From Nitrospirota bacterium (GTDB lineage: Bacteria; Nitrospirota; UBA9217): DNA of 64,000 bases. Numbering within the stretch: the stretch's first letter is position 1; every line of letters starts with the position of its first letter. A program made the position numbers and the translations under genes. Positions 19,993 to 30,987 of this stretch are shown one piece after another. The stretch lies in assembly GCA_963754875.1 (NCBI GenBank), contig CAVWHO010000019.1:1-64000 (forward strand), read 5' to 3'. Under the pieces are notes generated by a model that was not told the DNA's origin, made no database searches, and worked only from the letters and a program-made list of their open reading frames with translations.

Positions 19993-20531
19993 CTACTTAG
20001 GGCGCCTTTCACCGGTATCTCCAGACCCGTTTATCATGCGCTCGACGTCCCGATCCAGCCTGATGTAGGCTCTGACCTTTCCATCCCGCAGAGAGTAGGA
20101 GGTCAACAGGACATCGGGCTGACCGAATTCAAGGGGGAAATACAGGGGCCGCACTTCGTAGCCGACTGTCCCTCCGCTATCATCGGGGATCCGACGCAAC
20201 ACCGTTTGCCAGATGCGGTGGGTAGTGCACCGGAGGAAAGAGTCGGCTGTACGCTGAGTGCCTGCTGGGCAGGAACTTCTTTTTCTACTTTGTACGACGT
20301 GTCGATATCATAGATCTCGACGGGATATTTGCTCGAATCACTAACGAGGATGGCGAGGTTCTGTACATCATCGGGTAGTGGCACCCATAGAGCAAGCAGC
20401 GTGTAGGTCCCGGTTACTGAGCAGGTTCTGCTGCCGACGTGGTAGAGTTGTTTTCCGGCCATGCAACCGTCGAGTGCAGCGGCAAGGATCAGGAATGCCA
20501 CAGCGCTGAGTACTTTTTTACTGTTTTTCAT
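19993..20531 (-). CDS. Putative lipoprotein, frameshifted
   Basis: Lipobox-like LDGC after a hydrophobic signal. Coding-like pieces span ORFs 20103..20540 and 19993..20202. Confidence 0.5.
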
Positions 20532-20823
20532 ATGCACCATTCTCCTTTCTTTATACTGCTGAATAGTGCCGGTTCGGTTCGAACCGTTCCATCCCTATAG
20601 TATAAATCTCTTTTGCATATTGTGCAGCCTCCCGTAGCGGCCCTTCCGGACGGAGACTCCGGATTCGAGGCCTGCTCCCACAAAATATTGCCGTACCAGT
20701 TGACTTTGGTCTCCAATTGGGTATGATTGTAGGTAGCTCTTGTCAGGTGCGACCTCCGTGGACGGTCGTTCGCTGTTGGGTCACGAGGAAACAATTTAGA
20801 CTGATGAAGGATTTCAGGACAGT

Positions 20824-21204
20824 ATGATACCCTGGGCGAATAAGCGGATCCTTGTGGCCGACGACTCGCAGACAATGCGAATGCTGCTGCTGTTTCACGT
20901 CATAAAAATGATGCCGGGGGTCGGGGTCGTCGAGGCCGTGAACGGTGCCCACGCCCTGGAAAAGCTGAAACAACAGGACGTAGATCTAATTCTGACGGAC
21001 ATGAATATGCCGGAACTGGATGGCGCAGGGCTCATCCGCGCCGTGCGTCAGGATCTGAAATTGGATACGCCGATCATCATCATTACAACGAAAGGAAAGC
21101 AGCGCGACCGGGAGCGTGGGATGGATTTGGGAGCAAACGGATACATCACTAAACCCATTGATGTCCGGCACTTCAGGGAAACGATACGAAAGTTTATTTC
21201 CTGA
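20824..21204 (+). CDS. CheY-like single-domain response regulator
   Basis: VADDS, LTDMNMPELDG, YITKP. Confidence 0.9.
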   Translation: MIPWANKRILVADDSQTMRMLLLFHVIKMMPGVGVVEAVNGAHALEKLKQQDVDLILTDMNMPELDGAGLIRAVRQDLKLDTPIIIITTKGKQRDRERGMDLGANGYITKPIDVRHFRETIRKFIS

Positions 21205-21735
21205 GCCTGACTGAGTAGAGAATGACGGCTGCGGGCAATGCACGGAAGGGGAAATCGCAGTTCAACGTTCCGGATGCACCACGTGGGCCGGCTGCGTACA
21301 GGACGTACAATTTTTTTGGCAGGATAATCTGCGTGACAGCCTCTTTTTCCTGTGCGATTTTGATGCCCTCGGAATGCCCCCAGGTTCGTCTTCGCGATGG
21401 ACGAATAGAGGTGATAGGCACAGTCCGGTCCGACAAGCCTCATGGCTGCTTCGAAGGAAATCTTCGCTTTCCCATCTATTATCAGCCGCCGGTAGAGGTA
21501 ACGCAACCGGATCTCCTCGGACCGCATCGTCATCGTAACGCCTCCTGTATTCGGGTCAACAAGCGCTGGTATCATTCTAAAACTACATGACCGGTACCGC
21601 AAGAAAATTTCTTGGTCCCTTTTCGATGCCCCAAAATACCCCAAAGTATCTTTACATTTTATGGGGTTCCTGTATGATAGAGAGCGAGCAGTTTCGCCAT
21701 GACAGACTGTGAGACAGTCTCGTGGAGGTATTGTT

Positions 21736-23210
21736 TTGGAAAAAAGTAAATTTATCGTTATCCTGGGTTGGGTGCTCGTAAGCCTCTGCCTGCTGGTTAT
21801 GGCCGCTAGCCTGGCGACGGTCGCAGTCGATGGCTCTAATGCACTCAAGACGGTCGCCGTTGTCCTGTTCATCCTGTCGGTCCCCCCTCCCGTCATAGCA
21901 TTCGTCGTACTCAAGAACCTCAACGCTTTTGTCAGACAGGCCAAGCAATTTGAGACGCGCGACCCCTTAACGAACTTGTATAACCAGAAAACTTTCTGGG
22001 ATGTTCTCGGATACGAAATCGAGCGGGCAAAGAGGCACAAATACAGCTTCTCGATCATGCTTGTCGATCTTGACGATTTCAAAAACATCAATGATCTCCA
22101 TGGCCATGACGACGGGGGATGCCTATCTTTGCGAGTCCGCCGCACTGCTGAAAGCAGCCATCCGCAAGGGCGACATTGCGGCCCGATACAGTGGCGATAA
22201 TTTTGCCGCCGTCCTTCCGGTCTGCGATGAGGCCCAGGCATACATCGTGGCCAAGCGGCTCAACGAGAGCATCAAGGATTATGGGTTTCGCCTTCCGGAC
22301 GGCGCTCTGGCCAACATCACTCTCTCAATCGGCCTGGCGGTTTATCCGGACCATGGGCAGGATGCGTCATCCCTCTTTCAAGTCGCGGACTCCATGCTGC
22401 ACCAAGCCAAAGTCCTCGGCAAGGACCGGATCGGCATCCCCAGCAACGATCTGAATATCGATTTGCTCAAAAGTGCGGGCCGGACGAGTATTTTCATCAT
22501 GGAGTCGATCAGGCAAAAGCGTATCGTACCTTATTTCCAGCCCATCGTCGATGCTCAGAACAGATCTGTCATTGCCTATGAGGTCCTGACGCGGATCGTC
22601 ACGCCCGAGCGAATCGTTGCAGCAGCCGAGTTCATAGAAGAGGCAGAAGGAATGGGGGCAATCGGGAAAATCGACTATCTACTCATTGATCAAGCTCTGG
22701 ACGCGGTCGAGGCGGCACGCATATACCGGCAAGCTCTTCTTCAACCTGTCTCCAAAGGCCCTGGTAATGAACGAATTCATGCCCACGATGCGCGGCTTCA
22801 TGAACCACTACCGCGTTGAGCCGCAGCAGCTGGTTTTTGAGATCACGGAACGGGACACCGTAAAAAAATTGAGTCAGGTGGAGAACATCATCCACGGCCT
22901 GAAGGAGGACGGTTTTCAGCTTGCCATCGATGATTTTGGAGCCGGCTACTCGTCATTCCAGTACATCAAAACCTTTAAAGTCAACTTCCTGAAAATTGAC
23001 GGTGAATTTATCAAAAGCATGATCGGCGAAAACAGTAAAATGGAAAGGGCGATTGTCTCTAACATCGCGGCCCTTGCCGGGGAACTGGACATAAAAACCA
23101 TCGCTGAAAGCGTCGAATCCGTATCTATCCTGGACCACGTCCGGTCTGCGGGCATCGACTTTGCTCAGGGATACTTCATCCGCCATCCCCTGCCCGACCT
23201 GAATATGTAG
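21736..23210 (+). CDS. Membrane-bound GGDEF-EAL protein, with two frameshifts (~22119, ~22715)
   Basis: Two TM helices, RDPLTNLYN, DLDDFKNIND, SGDNF, FQPIV, YEVL, EITE and DDFGAGYSS spread over three frames. Confidence 0.85.
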
Positions 23211-23368
23211 AGGCCTCTCCTGACATCCCGTTCCTTCCTGAGCACACACGTTAATGTAAGCGTTTTTCCGATTGCCGGAAAAAGTGCTAGAATATAATTA
23301 TACGTCTAAGCACAAGGACCATGCAGGTATGTCCAACGTATGCGAATTCGGAAAGGAGAAACGCCGGT

Positions 23369-23837
23369 ATGTTAAAACACAGACTTACCAACCTGACCGT
23401 ACTCATGGCACTGTCAGCGCTGGTCGTGACCGGATGTTACAAAACACCGGAACAGCGGGCCGAACATTTTGTCCAGTACATGGAGAAAGAGCTTAAAATG
23501 GACGACACGCAGAAGGCAAAGCTGGAGAGGATCAAGGATGAATTCCTTGCCCGACGGCCCGAGATGGCCAGGATGAGAGAAGAAACAGTCAAGGAAGCCA
23601 ACGAACTGATGAGAAGCCCGGAAATCGACAAGACGAAAGTGGACGCATTGACGGCTGAAAAACCAGGCTCAGGCCGACGATATGATCCGGTTCGTGAGCG
23701 CGAAATTCACGGAAATCCATGATATGCTTACGCCGGAGCAGCGCGATAAACTGGTGGCAGTGATCGAGAAACACATGGGCGAGAAGCACATGGAAAAAAA
23801 GACCGGGACGGGCGGAGGATCGAAACCCGAGTATTAA
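23369..23837 (+). CDS. Spy/CpxP-like (LTxxQ) periplasmic lipoprotein, with one frameshift near 23660
   Basis: Lipobox VTGC and helical LKMDDTQ. The second frame gives HDMLTPEQRDKL. The shift falls in an A run. Confidence 0.75.
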
Positions 23838-23866
23838 AAAGAATTTGCTATTATGAAGTTCGAGGA

Positions 23867-23897
23867 AAGGCGGGGGAAATTTATCCCCGTCTTTTTT
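23867..23897 (+). terminator. Intrinsic terminator
   Basis: aaggcgggg / ccccgtctt stem followed by a T tract. Confidence 0.6.
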
Positions 23898-23947
23898 CTT
23901 ACTGCACCTGTTAGGGGAGCCGAGAACCGCAGCTTCCTTACTCGCCG

Positions 23948-24310
23948 TCATGCATCGCGGCGCACACTATGGGGCGAAAAGGCCGGCATGCAGATTGCGA
24001 TGTACTCCGCCCCCTCGTCTCCCGGAGTGCTGTACTGAACCCATTCTCCTTTGCGGCAGATGATCGCTTCGCCCTCCCGAACTTCAAACGAACCTTTCCT
24101 CGACGTCACCCTGAGCACGCCCCGGAGGACAACGGTGTATTCATCGAAATCCGGCATCTGGCCGGCCTCTTGCCATCCGCCGGGGCTTTTCATACGTGCA
24201 ATACTCAGGTCCGGCGTTCCCGTATTGACCCGACCGACGAACTCCTCGATGCTCTTCGGCCTGTTCCCGGAAGCTGCGATCACCGTCGGGGCTTTTACGT
24301 GTATCGGCAT
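23948..24310 (-). CDS. Cupin-domain protein (EutQ-like)
   Basis: IEEFVGRVN, QMPDFDEYTVVLRG, YSTP...AEYIAIC.PAFSP. Confidence 0.85.
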   Translation of the reverse strand: MPIHVKAPTVIAASGNRPKSIEEFVGRVNTGTPDLSIARMKSPGGWQEAGQMPDFDEYTVVLRGVLRVTSRKGSFEVREGEAIICRKGEWVQYSTPGDEGAEYIAICMPAFSPHSVRRDA

Positions 24311-24472
24311 TTGCTCCTCCTTGAACGACAACGCATGTGCCGCGTCATCCTGTATATAATGGAACTGCGATCAAATGTCAAATTCTTTTGCCGGCGGGGT
24401 TGATGAATCATCGGGAACGGGTTATAATTGGTCCGTCGTGCCAATACCATGCAGCATATCGAGGAGGTTTGC

Positions 24473-25024
24473 ATGCCGAGAGTAGCAGTCATACTTGCAG
24501 ACGGTTTTGAGGAGGTTGAAGCCATTGCCGTCATCGACGTACTGCGGCGGGCCGAGATTGATACCGTCATTGCCGGGCTGCATGCTGGCCCTATCACGAG
24601 CGCCCGGAACGTGAAGGTCGTCCCTGACACGGTCATCGACACGGTCAAAGCCGATGACTTCGACATGATCGTACTACCGGGCGGACAGCCGGGTTCGGAC
24701 AACCTGAACGCAGACCCGCGGGTGCACAAACTGGTGAAAAGTTTTTCAGAGAAAGGCAAGCTCACGGGCGCTATTTGCGCCGCTCCCTACGTTCTCGCAA
24801 ACGCAGGCGTACTGCAGGGAAAACGCGCCACCGCATATCCCTCGTACAAAGACAAGCTGGGCGGAGCGAAGTACGAAGAAAAATCCGTCGTGGTCGACGG
24901 AAGAGTGCTGACCAGCAGGGGGGCGGGAACAGCGCTTGCCTTCGGCCTCGCCATCGTTGAAAAGCTCATCAGCAAGGAAAAGGCGCTCAAGATCAAAGAC
25001 TCGATGCTGGTCGCTGGTGATTGA
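24473..25024 (+). CDS. DJ-1/PfpI (YajL/ThiJ-like) protein
   Basis: DGFEEVEA, LPGG, AICAAP, TSRGAGTA. Confidence 0.92.
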   Translation: MPRVAVILADGFEEVEAIAVIDVLRRAEIDTVIAGLHAGPITSARNVKVVPDTVIDTVKADDFDMIVLPGGQPGSDNLNADPRVHKLVKSFSEKGKLTGAICAAPYVLANAGVLQGKRATAYPSYKDKLGGAKYEEKSVVVDGRVLTSRGAGTALAFGLAIVEKLISKEKALKIKDSMLVAGD

Positions 25025-25123
25025 GAGAGCGCGGTCACGAGACCGGGACAAGCGAAGCACGGAGGACCGCTACGGTTCAAGCGCCCAGAGACAGATCACC
25101 TACTGCCACGAAGGAGACTTACG

Positions 25124-25464
25124 GTGAAAAAAGTCATCCCCTATTCGCCGCAATAACAACTGCACTGATCATCGTTTCGTTCTCGTTCGCATAAATGGAT
25201 ACGAGGGTGGACCCACAAGGGACGACGAGCGCCGAACCTATGATGGGCGATATGATGATGAACATGACAGGGATGATGAAAGACTTGAGCCTTGGAAAAA
25301 TGGAGAAAATGTCAGTGACGAAACACCTGGCAAAGGAAATGATGAACATGTCTGGCGTGATGGGCAGCGGCATGATGTCGGACAGGGAATTGGAAAAAAT
25401 GCACGTCAGAATGGCGAAGATCCAGAAAAAGATGTCGGAGATGGAGATAAAGAAGTCAGAATGA
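25124..25464 (+). CDS. Small Met-rich secreted protein (5' part disrupted)
   Basis: RBS aaggag plus GTG. A signal-peptide-like LFAAITTALIIVSFSFA is followed by TAA, then by an in-frame 89-aa ORF with 21 Met. Confidence 0.5.
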
Positions 25465-25655
25465 GACACTCGCATCTCCGCACTTCGTAGTCGCAGTCCG
25501 CGATTGTTCCCCCCTCGTTTCTCAAAAAAATTTGATACAATTAAGCCAGCAACAAGCGCAGGCAGGCGACGTATGCGTACCGCATTTACATTTACGCGAA
25601 TGTCGAACGGCGAGATGAGGGATGCTAAGCCACGTTGGACGGCCAGGGAGGAGCA

Positions 25656-26711
25656 ATGGTGAAGATTGTGTTTGAGTCCGTTGAGTCCTGCCTCACGATC
25701 CTGAACCCACAGAATAATTTTATTGAAGAAACCCATAAAGTGGAAGTGCGTAAAGACCCGCTTCTCAAGGACACGAGCGTCTATAATCCCTTTCTCCGGG
25801 ACAAAGCAAAGGCATTCTTCGGAGACAATGACCCTGAGCTGGTCCGGCGGCTCGTGGACGAAAGCTCCAAAACCTGCATCTTTTGCGGCGATCGGATCGA
25901 GAAAACCACGCCGAAATATCCGCCTGCCGTGGTTCCGGAAGGACGCATCAGACGGGGCGAAGCGCTTTTATTCCCGAACCTTTTTGCGATCGGGAAATAC
26001 CATGCCATTGTAGCGCTCAGCGCAGCCCACTTCCTGAAACTTTCAGAATTTACGGCCGAGATCGTCGGGGACGGTCTGACTGCGGCGCGTGACTTTATCC
26101 AGGCAGTATACCGCAACGATGAATCAGTGCAGTTCGCCGCGATCAACGCTAATTATCTTTTCCCCGGGGGCGCCAGCCTGGTCCATCCTCATTTGCAGGT
26201 TTTGCTGACACCTGTGGCCTATTCCTACCATGGTCGTATGATCGAAGCCTGCAGGTCTTATCACAAACGGAATTTGACGGCCTACCATGCAGATTTGATC
26301 GAAGAAGAAAAGAACCTCGGCATGCGGTACGTTGCGCACTGCGGGAACTGGCACTGGATGACCGCGTTCTCTCCCCTGGGAAGCAATGAAGTGACTGCTG
26401 TGCACGAGACCGTCAGCGATTTCGCGTACCTCACTGATGCGGACATCGGTTCCCTGGCAGCGGGTACCTCGAAGGTGCTGGCTTTCTATGAAAGCCTCGG
26501 CCATTTAAGCCACAATTACTCGCTCTATAGTGTCCGGCAGCCGCAGGCAGGAGAAGGACATCGGTGCGTCCTGAAAATAGTCAACCGACAGAACCTCTAT
26601 CCCAACTACCGGAACGACGATTATTTCCTTCAAAAAATGCTCCAAACGGAGCTGATCATCAACCTGCCGGAGGATCTTGCAGTGAAGCTTCGCGTTTTTT
26701 TTGAGTGCTGA
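25656..26711 (+). CDS. GalT-like (galactose-1-phosphate uridylyltransferase family) protein
   Basis: VRKDPL, CIFC, FPNLF, active-site GASLVHPHLQ. Confidence 0.8.
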   Translation: MVKIVFESVESCLTILNPQNNFIEETHKVEVRKDPLLKDTSVYNPFLRDKAKAFFGDNDPELVRRLVDESSKTCIFCGDRIEKTTPKYPPAVVPEGRIRRGEALLFPNLFAIGKYHAIVALSAAHFLKLSEFTAEIVGDGLTAARDFIQAVYRNDESVQFAAINANYLFPGGASLVHPHLQVLLTPVAYSYHGRMIEACRSYHKRNLTAYHADLIEEEKNLGMRYVAHCGNWHWMTAFSPLGSNEVTAVHETVSDFAYLTDADIGSLAAGTSKVLAFYESLGHLSHNYSLYSVRQPQAGEGHRCVLKIVNRQNLYPNYRNDDYFLQKMLQTELIINLPEDLAVKLRVFFEC

Positions 26712-26788
26712 AGTTTTCTCAGAGAGTTCACAGAGCCAGAGAGAATTAAAGAAGTGATGGTTTGAAAATGTTTTGAAAAGGAGAACAG

Positions 26789-28006
26789 ATGGAACAGCAG
26801 GTGGTCATCATCGGCGGCGGTTTTGGAGGACTTGAGGCCGCTTTTATGCTGAAGGAGCTGCTGGGACCTCTGTGCACGATAACGCTTGTGGACAGGAACG
26901 CCTGCCACTCCTTCATCCCTTCTATCCATGAGATCGTTTCAGGTAAAATCAGCGCCGAGAGCATCCGGATCCCCTTTGCTGCCGTACTCGGCTCGGCGGG
27001 CATCCGGTTCGTGCAAGACGAGATGATCTCGTTGAACAGGGAGAACAAGGGGGTCCTTTGCCGCGGCAAGATGCTGAAGTATGATTACCTGGTCATCAGC
27101 ACGGGCGCGGAAAACAATTTCTTCGGTATTCCGGGTGCAGAGGAGTTCTCCTACTGTTTTCGCAGACCAGACGATGCAGCGCGTATAAAAAGCGAAGTCG
27201 GACGTCTGCTCGAAGATCCTATCTCCTCCTGCCGCGTGGTCCTGGCGGGAGGGGGCACGGAAGGTGTTGAAGCGGCTGGAGAGCTGCTTGATTTGATCAA
27301 AGGGCGGGGCAGGGAAAACGATATGAAGACGGGAGCAATCTCGATCGATCTTATTGAGGGGAATGGGCGCCTGCTCATGGGTTTTCCGCCAAAAGCGCAG
27401 CAGTGCGCTGAGGATTACCTGCGTGCCCGGGGAGTGAACGTCATGACCGGAAACTCTATCGTTGCCGTCCGGAAAGACAGCGTAATGCTCGAGAGCGGAG
27501 AGCAACGGGCGGCGTCAGTCCTGATCTGGACCGGCGGCATCCAACCGGCGAAAATGATCAGAGACCTCCCGCTGCAGAAGGACCCGCGAGGATGGCTTAA
27601 GGTCACGACCCATCTTCATTCTCCTGACGACGACCGGATCTTCGGGATCGGAGACGCCGTCAGCATCTATAATGAAAAGGGGCCGCTCCCGCTGCAGCGG
27701 CTTGCCTCCCATGCGCAGGACCAGGCACGCATAGCTGCGCTGAATATCGACAATCATATGAACGGCCGGGACCTCGTTGCGTATACGCCGAAAAGCAGAC
27801 CGCAGCTCATTTCCGTGGGCAAGGACATGGGGATTTTTTCCCAGGGGGACAGGGTCCTCTTCGGCGCGTGGGTCGTAGCATTAAAAAAAGCCGTAGAGCG
27901 TAAGTACCTTATGAGCTGCCTGACCAGACCCGTTACTTCTTCAATCCGGGCCCGGATCCCGGGAGCAGGTTTTCTTCAGAGATTGAGAATGCGTTTGCCA
28001 TTCTGA
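26789..28006 (+). CDS. Type II NADH dehydrogenase-like FAD oxidoreductase
   Basis: IIGGGFGGL, YDYLVISTG, GGGTEGVE.AGEL, IFGIGDA. Confidence 0.85.
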   Translation: MEQQVVIIGGGFGGLEAAFMLKELLGPLCTITLVDRNACHSFIPSIHEIVSGKISAESIRIPFAAVLGSAGIRFVQDEMISLNRENKGVLCRGKMLKYDYLVISTGAENNFFGIPGAEEFSYCFRRPDDAARIKSEVGRLLEDPISSCRVVLAGGGTEGVEAAGELLDLIKGRGRENDMKTGAISIDLIEGNGRLLMGFPPKAQQCAEDYLRARGVNVMTGNSIVAVRKDSVMLESGEQRAASVLIWTGGIQPAKMIRDLPLQKDPRGWLKVTTHLHSPDDDRIFGIGDAVSIYNEKGPLPLQRLASHAQDQARIAALNIDNHMNGRDLVAYTPKSRPQLISVGKDMGIFSQGDRVLFGAWVVALKKAVERKYLMSCLTRPVTSSIRARIPGAGFLQRLRMRLPF

Positions 28007-28093
28007 AATTGAGGATGCTTTCCTGAATAAAGAACCCGGGGAACGTGTTCGGGCTTGCCGAATACCGGGAAGCATCTGGATTGCCGTTGCGGC

Positions 28094-30733
28094 TCAACTG
28101 TCCAGCGTTTCCCGGACCTTCTTTAAAAACTCCGTCGGTGAAATCGGTTTTGCCACGATATTTAAGTCCCGGTCGGAGATGTTCTTTTCCTCGAAAATGT
28201 CCGCCGCGTATCCGCTCATGAAAAGGATTTTGATGCCCGGACGGAATTTTTGGATTTCTTCAAACGCGTCCTTCCCGTTCATTTTCGGCATGATCACATC
28301 AAAAATGAGCAGACGAATCCGGCTTTCATTCTCAATGAATTTTGCCAATGCCTGTTCTCCGTCGGGTGCGCCTATTACTGTGTACCCGGCTTCGGCAAGA
28401 ATGGTCATGGTCAATTCTCTGACCGATTCGTCGTCCTCGGCAACCAGCACCGTTTCAGTGCCTCCGAGGGCATCTGAAGTCCTCGCTGCTTCGGTTTCCT
28501 GCACCGATGACCGGACCAGGGGAAAGTATATTTCGAAGGTCGTACCGATCCCCGGCGCGCTCGATACCGCAATGTAGCCGTCGTGTTGTTTAACGATTCC
28601 ATAGACCATGGAAAGGCCGAGCCCCGTGCCTTTCCCCATTTCTTTTGTCGTAAAAAAAGGCTCGAATATTCTCGCCTGTGTCATTCCATCCATACCGGCC
28701 CCGGTGTCCGAAACGGTGATCAGCGCAAAGTTCCCGAGGCTGCCGTAGCCGTGACTATTGATGAATTTCTTGTCGAGCTCGACCCGTTCCGTCCGTATGG
28801 TCAGCGTGCCGCCTTCGCTCATGGCGTCCCGTGCATTCGTGGCGAGGTTCATGAAAACCTGTTCGAGCTGTCCCGCATCCGCGAGGACCGTTAAATCGCG
28901 GCCTGCGAGGTCCATTTTGAATTCGATATCCTCACCGATGAGCCGGGCAAGGAGCTTGCCGACGCCGGCTATGACCTCGTTGACGTTCACGGGCTGGGGA
29001 TTGATGATCTGTTTCCTGCTGAATGCGAGGAGGCTGTGGGTCAGATTGGCGGCGCGTTCCGAGGAGGAAAGGATCTGGTCGACATAGTTCTGAGCGGGAT
29101 CATTGGCAGCGAGCTTCATTTTCACGAGGTTGCCGTAACCGATGATGGCAGTGAGGATGTTGTTGAAATCATGAGCGACGCCCCCCGCCAGCAGGCCCAC
29201 TGCTTCCATCTTGTGGGACTGCCGAAACTGCTCCTCGAGTTTTTTGCGTTCCGTGATGTCGTAGGCAGTTCCCAGCGACGCGGGCTTCCCATCGAATTCT
29301 ATGGTGCCCGAGGTGAAATCCACCCAGCGTTCCTCCCCGGCCTTCGTGACAATTTTGAATTCAAACCGGGACGAGCGCTTTTCAGACCGCCTCAGAGCGA
29401 TGCTGCGGTCGTTTACAAGTTGACGATATGCGGGGTGCACGAGGTCCGTGATGTTCATGTGCAAAAGCTCGTACCGCGAGTAGCCGGTCATCTTTTCCAT
29501 CGCAGCGTTGAAATAGCGCAGTGAGGTCCCCTGATAAATGATGATGGCCGCTGCCACGGTCTCCGTCAGCATCCTGAACTTTTTTTCTCCCTCGCGCAGT
29601 GATGTTTCCGCGCGCGTGTGTTCGGCCAGAAGCTGCGCATTTTCGATGGCAACGGCAGCGCCCGCGGCCAGTCCTTCCAGTATTTCTACATGGTGTTCGG
29701 TGAAAGGTTTGCGGTCAGCCGTGTCGTGGACAATGAAACAACCGAGGAGTTTCCCGCTCCGGTCGAAGATCGGGACTCCGGCGAAGTTGTAGAACCCTAG
29801 TTTCTCGCGAATCTCGGGCGTGGCAACGGCGTCGTGCAGCGCATCGTTGGAAATATAAGGCTTTCCCGTCTGCATGATCCGGCCCGGAACACCCGAGCCC
29901 GGCTCGTAGGTGTATTCGAAGGGGACAAGTGTCCCGCGCTGGTTGAATTCCCGGAACACCATGTTCCCGTTTGTAACGACGCCCGCGAGCCCGGACGTCG
30001 CACCTGTCAGTGCGAGAGCTGTTTCTATAAGGGTGCGCATCACCACCGGTGTTTCGAGGACCGTATTGATCTGCCTTATGCTGCTCAAAAGAAGTTCGAG
30101 CTGGCGACTGCGGTGTGCAAGCATTTCATCCTTCTTGCGGTACTCGCTCACGTCGCGCACGATCGCGAGAAACCGTCCGCTCTTCAACATCTTGCCGCTG
30201 ATCTCGGCCGGGAATCGCGTCCCATCTTTGCGGCGAAGCCGCCGCTCGCTCAAAATGGTCCTGCCGGCGAGCATTTCTTCGAAACGAAGGGGCGTAGCGA
30301 TAAGATCTTCGGGCGGAAAAGCGTCCTGAATATTCAGCTGCAGGAGTTCTGCTTCCGTGTAACCCAGCATTTTGCATTCATGCTCATTGACCGCGAGGTG
30401 GTTTCCCTGCTGGTCGAATATGACGATGCCGTCCGAGGCCTGTTCCATAAGCTCCCGGTATTGGTTTTCGCTTGCGATATGTGTTTTCTCGAAGCGACGA
30501 ATCAGCAGAAAGAGAACGTACGCGGTACCGGCCACGTAGGCCCAGCCTTTTATGATCGCGATATGCATAATGGTGGAGGGATCATGGACTATTGCGTTGA
30601 CAATAGAATCGGACAGGAATATCCACAGCCCGCCGAACACGGCGTAGAGCAGGGTGATTCTCAGCGGGGTCAGTTTCAAGAGAGAGACGACCAGCGGTTT
30701 TCGGGTATCGGCCGTATTCGACATTTTCCCCAT
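28094..30733 (-). CDS. Hybrid sensor histidine kinase (TM-PAS-GAF-PAS-HisKA-HATPase-REC)
   Basis: AHDFNNIL, NARDAM, FFTTKEMGKGTGLGL, DVIMPKMNG. Confidence 0.93.
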   Translation of the reverse strand: MGKMSNTADTRKPLVVSLLKLTPLRITLLYAVFGGLWIFLSDSIVNAIVHDPSTIMHIAIIKGWAYVAGTAYVLFLLIRRFEKTHIASENQYRELMEQASDGIVIFDQQGNHLAVNEHECKMLGYTEAELLQLNIQDAFPPEDLIATPLRFEEMLAGRTILSERRLRRKDGTRFPAEISGKMLKSGRFLAIVRDVSEYRKKDEMLAHRSRQLELLLSSIRQINTVLETPVVMRTLIETALALTGATSGLAGVVTNGNMVFREFNQRGTLVPFEYTYEPGSGVPGRIMQTGKPYISNDALHDAVATPEIREKLGFYNFAGVPIFDRSGKLLGCFIVHDTADRKPFTEHHVEILEGLAAGAAVAIENAQLLAEHTRAETSLREGEKKFRMLTETVAAAIIIYQGTSLRYFNAAMEKMTGYSRYELLHMNITDLVHPAYRQLVNDRSIALRRSEKRSSRFEFKIVTKAGEERWVDFTSGTIEFDGKPASLGTAYDITERKKLEEQFRQSHKMEAVGLLAGGVAHDFNNILTAIIGYGNLVKMKLAANDPAQNYVDQILSSSERAANLTHSLLAFSRKQIINPQPVNVNEVIAGVGKLLARLIGEDIEFKMDLAGRDLTVLADAGQLEQVFMNLATNARDAMSEGGTLTIRTERVELDKKFINSHGYGSLGNFALITVSDTGAGMDGMTQARIFEPFFTTKEMGKGTGLGLSMVYGIVKQHDGYIAVSSAPGIGTTFEIYFPLVRSSVQETEAARTSDALGGTETVLVAEDDESVRELTMTILAEAGYTVIGAPDGEQALAKFIENESRIRLLIFDVIMPKMNGKDAFEEIQKFRPGIKILFMSGYAADIFEEKNISDRDLNIVAKPISPTEFLKKVRETLDS

Positions 30734-30987
30734 GTGTTGCCCGGCAAAAATTTTTTTCGAAGAAGAGTAACTTTTGTATGACGGCGCTGCCGGAGTTGCC
30801 GCACACTATGTTGCATATTATACCGCAAATAAGAAAGAAAAAGGGAATTGAAAGCGAGTGCGTGAAAAAACAGGCTATCTGCATGCCGAGAGTAAAGAGC
30901 CGGTGCAAAGGCGACTTGCCTGCAGCGCTCATCGCGTTGAACTCTGGATAAACAAAAACGGGATTATTTCGGCTATCGTGCCGTTTT

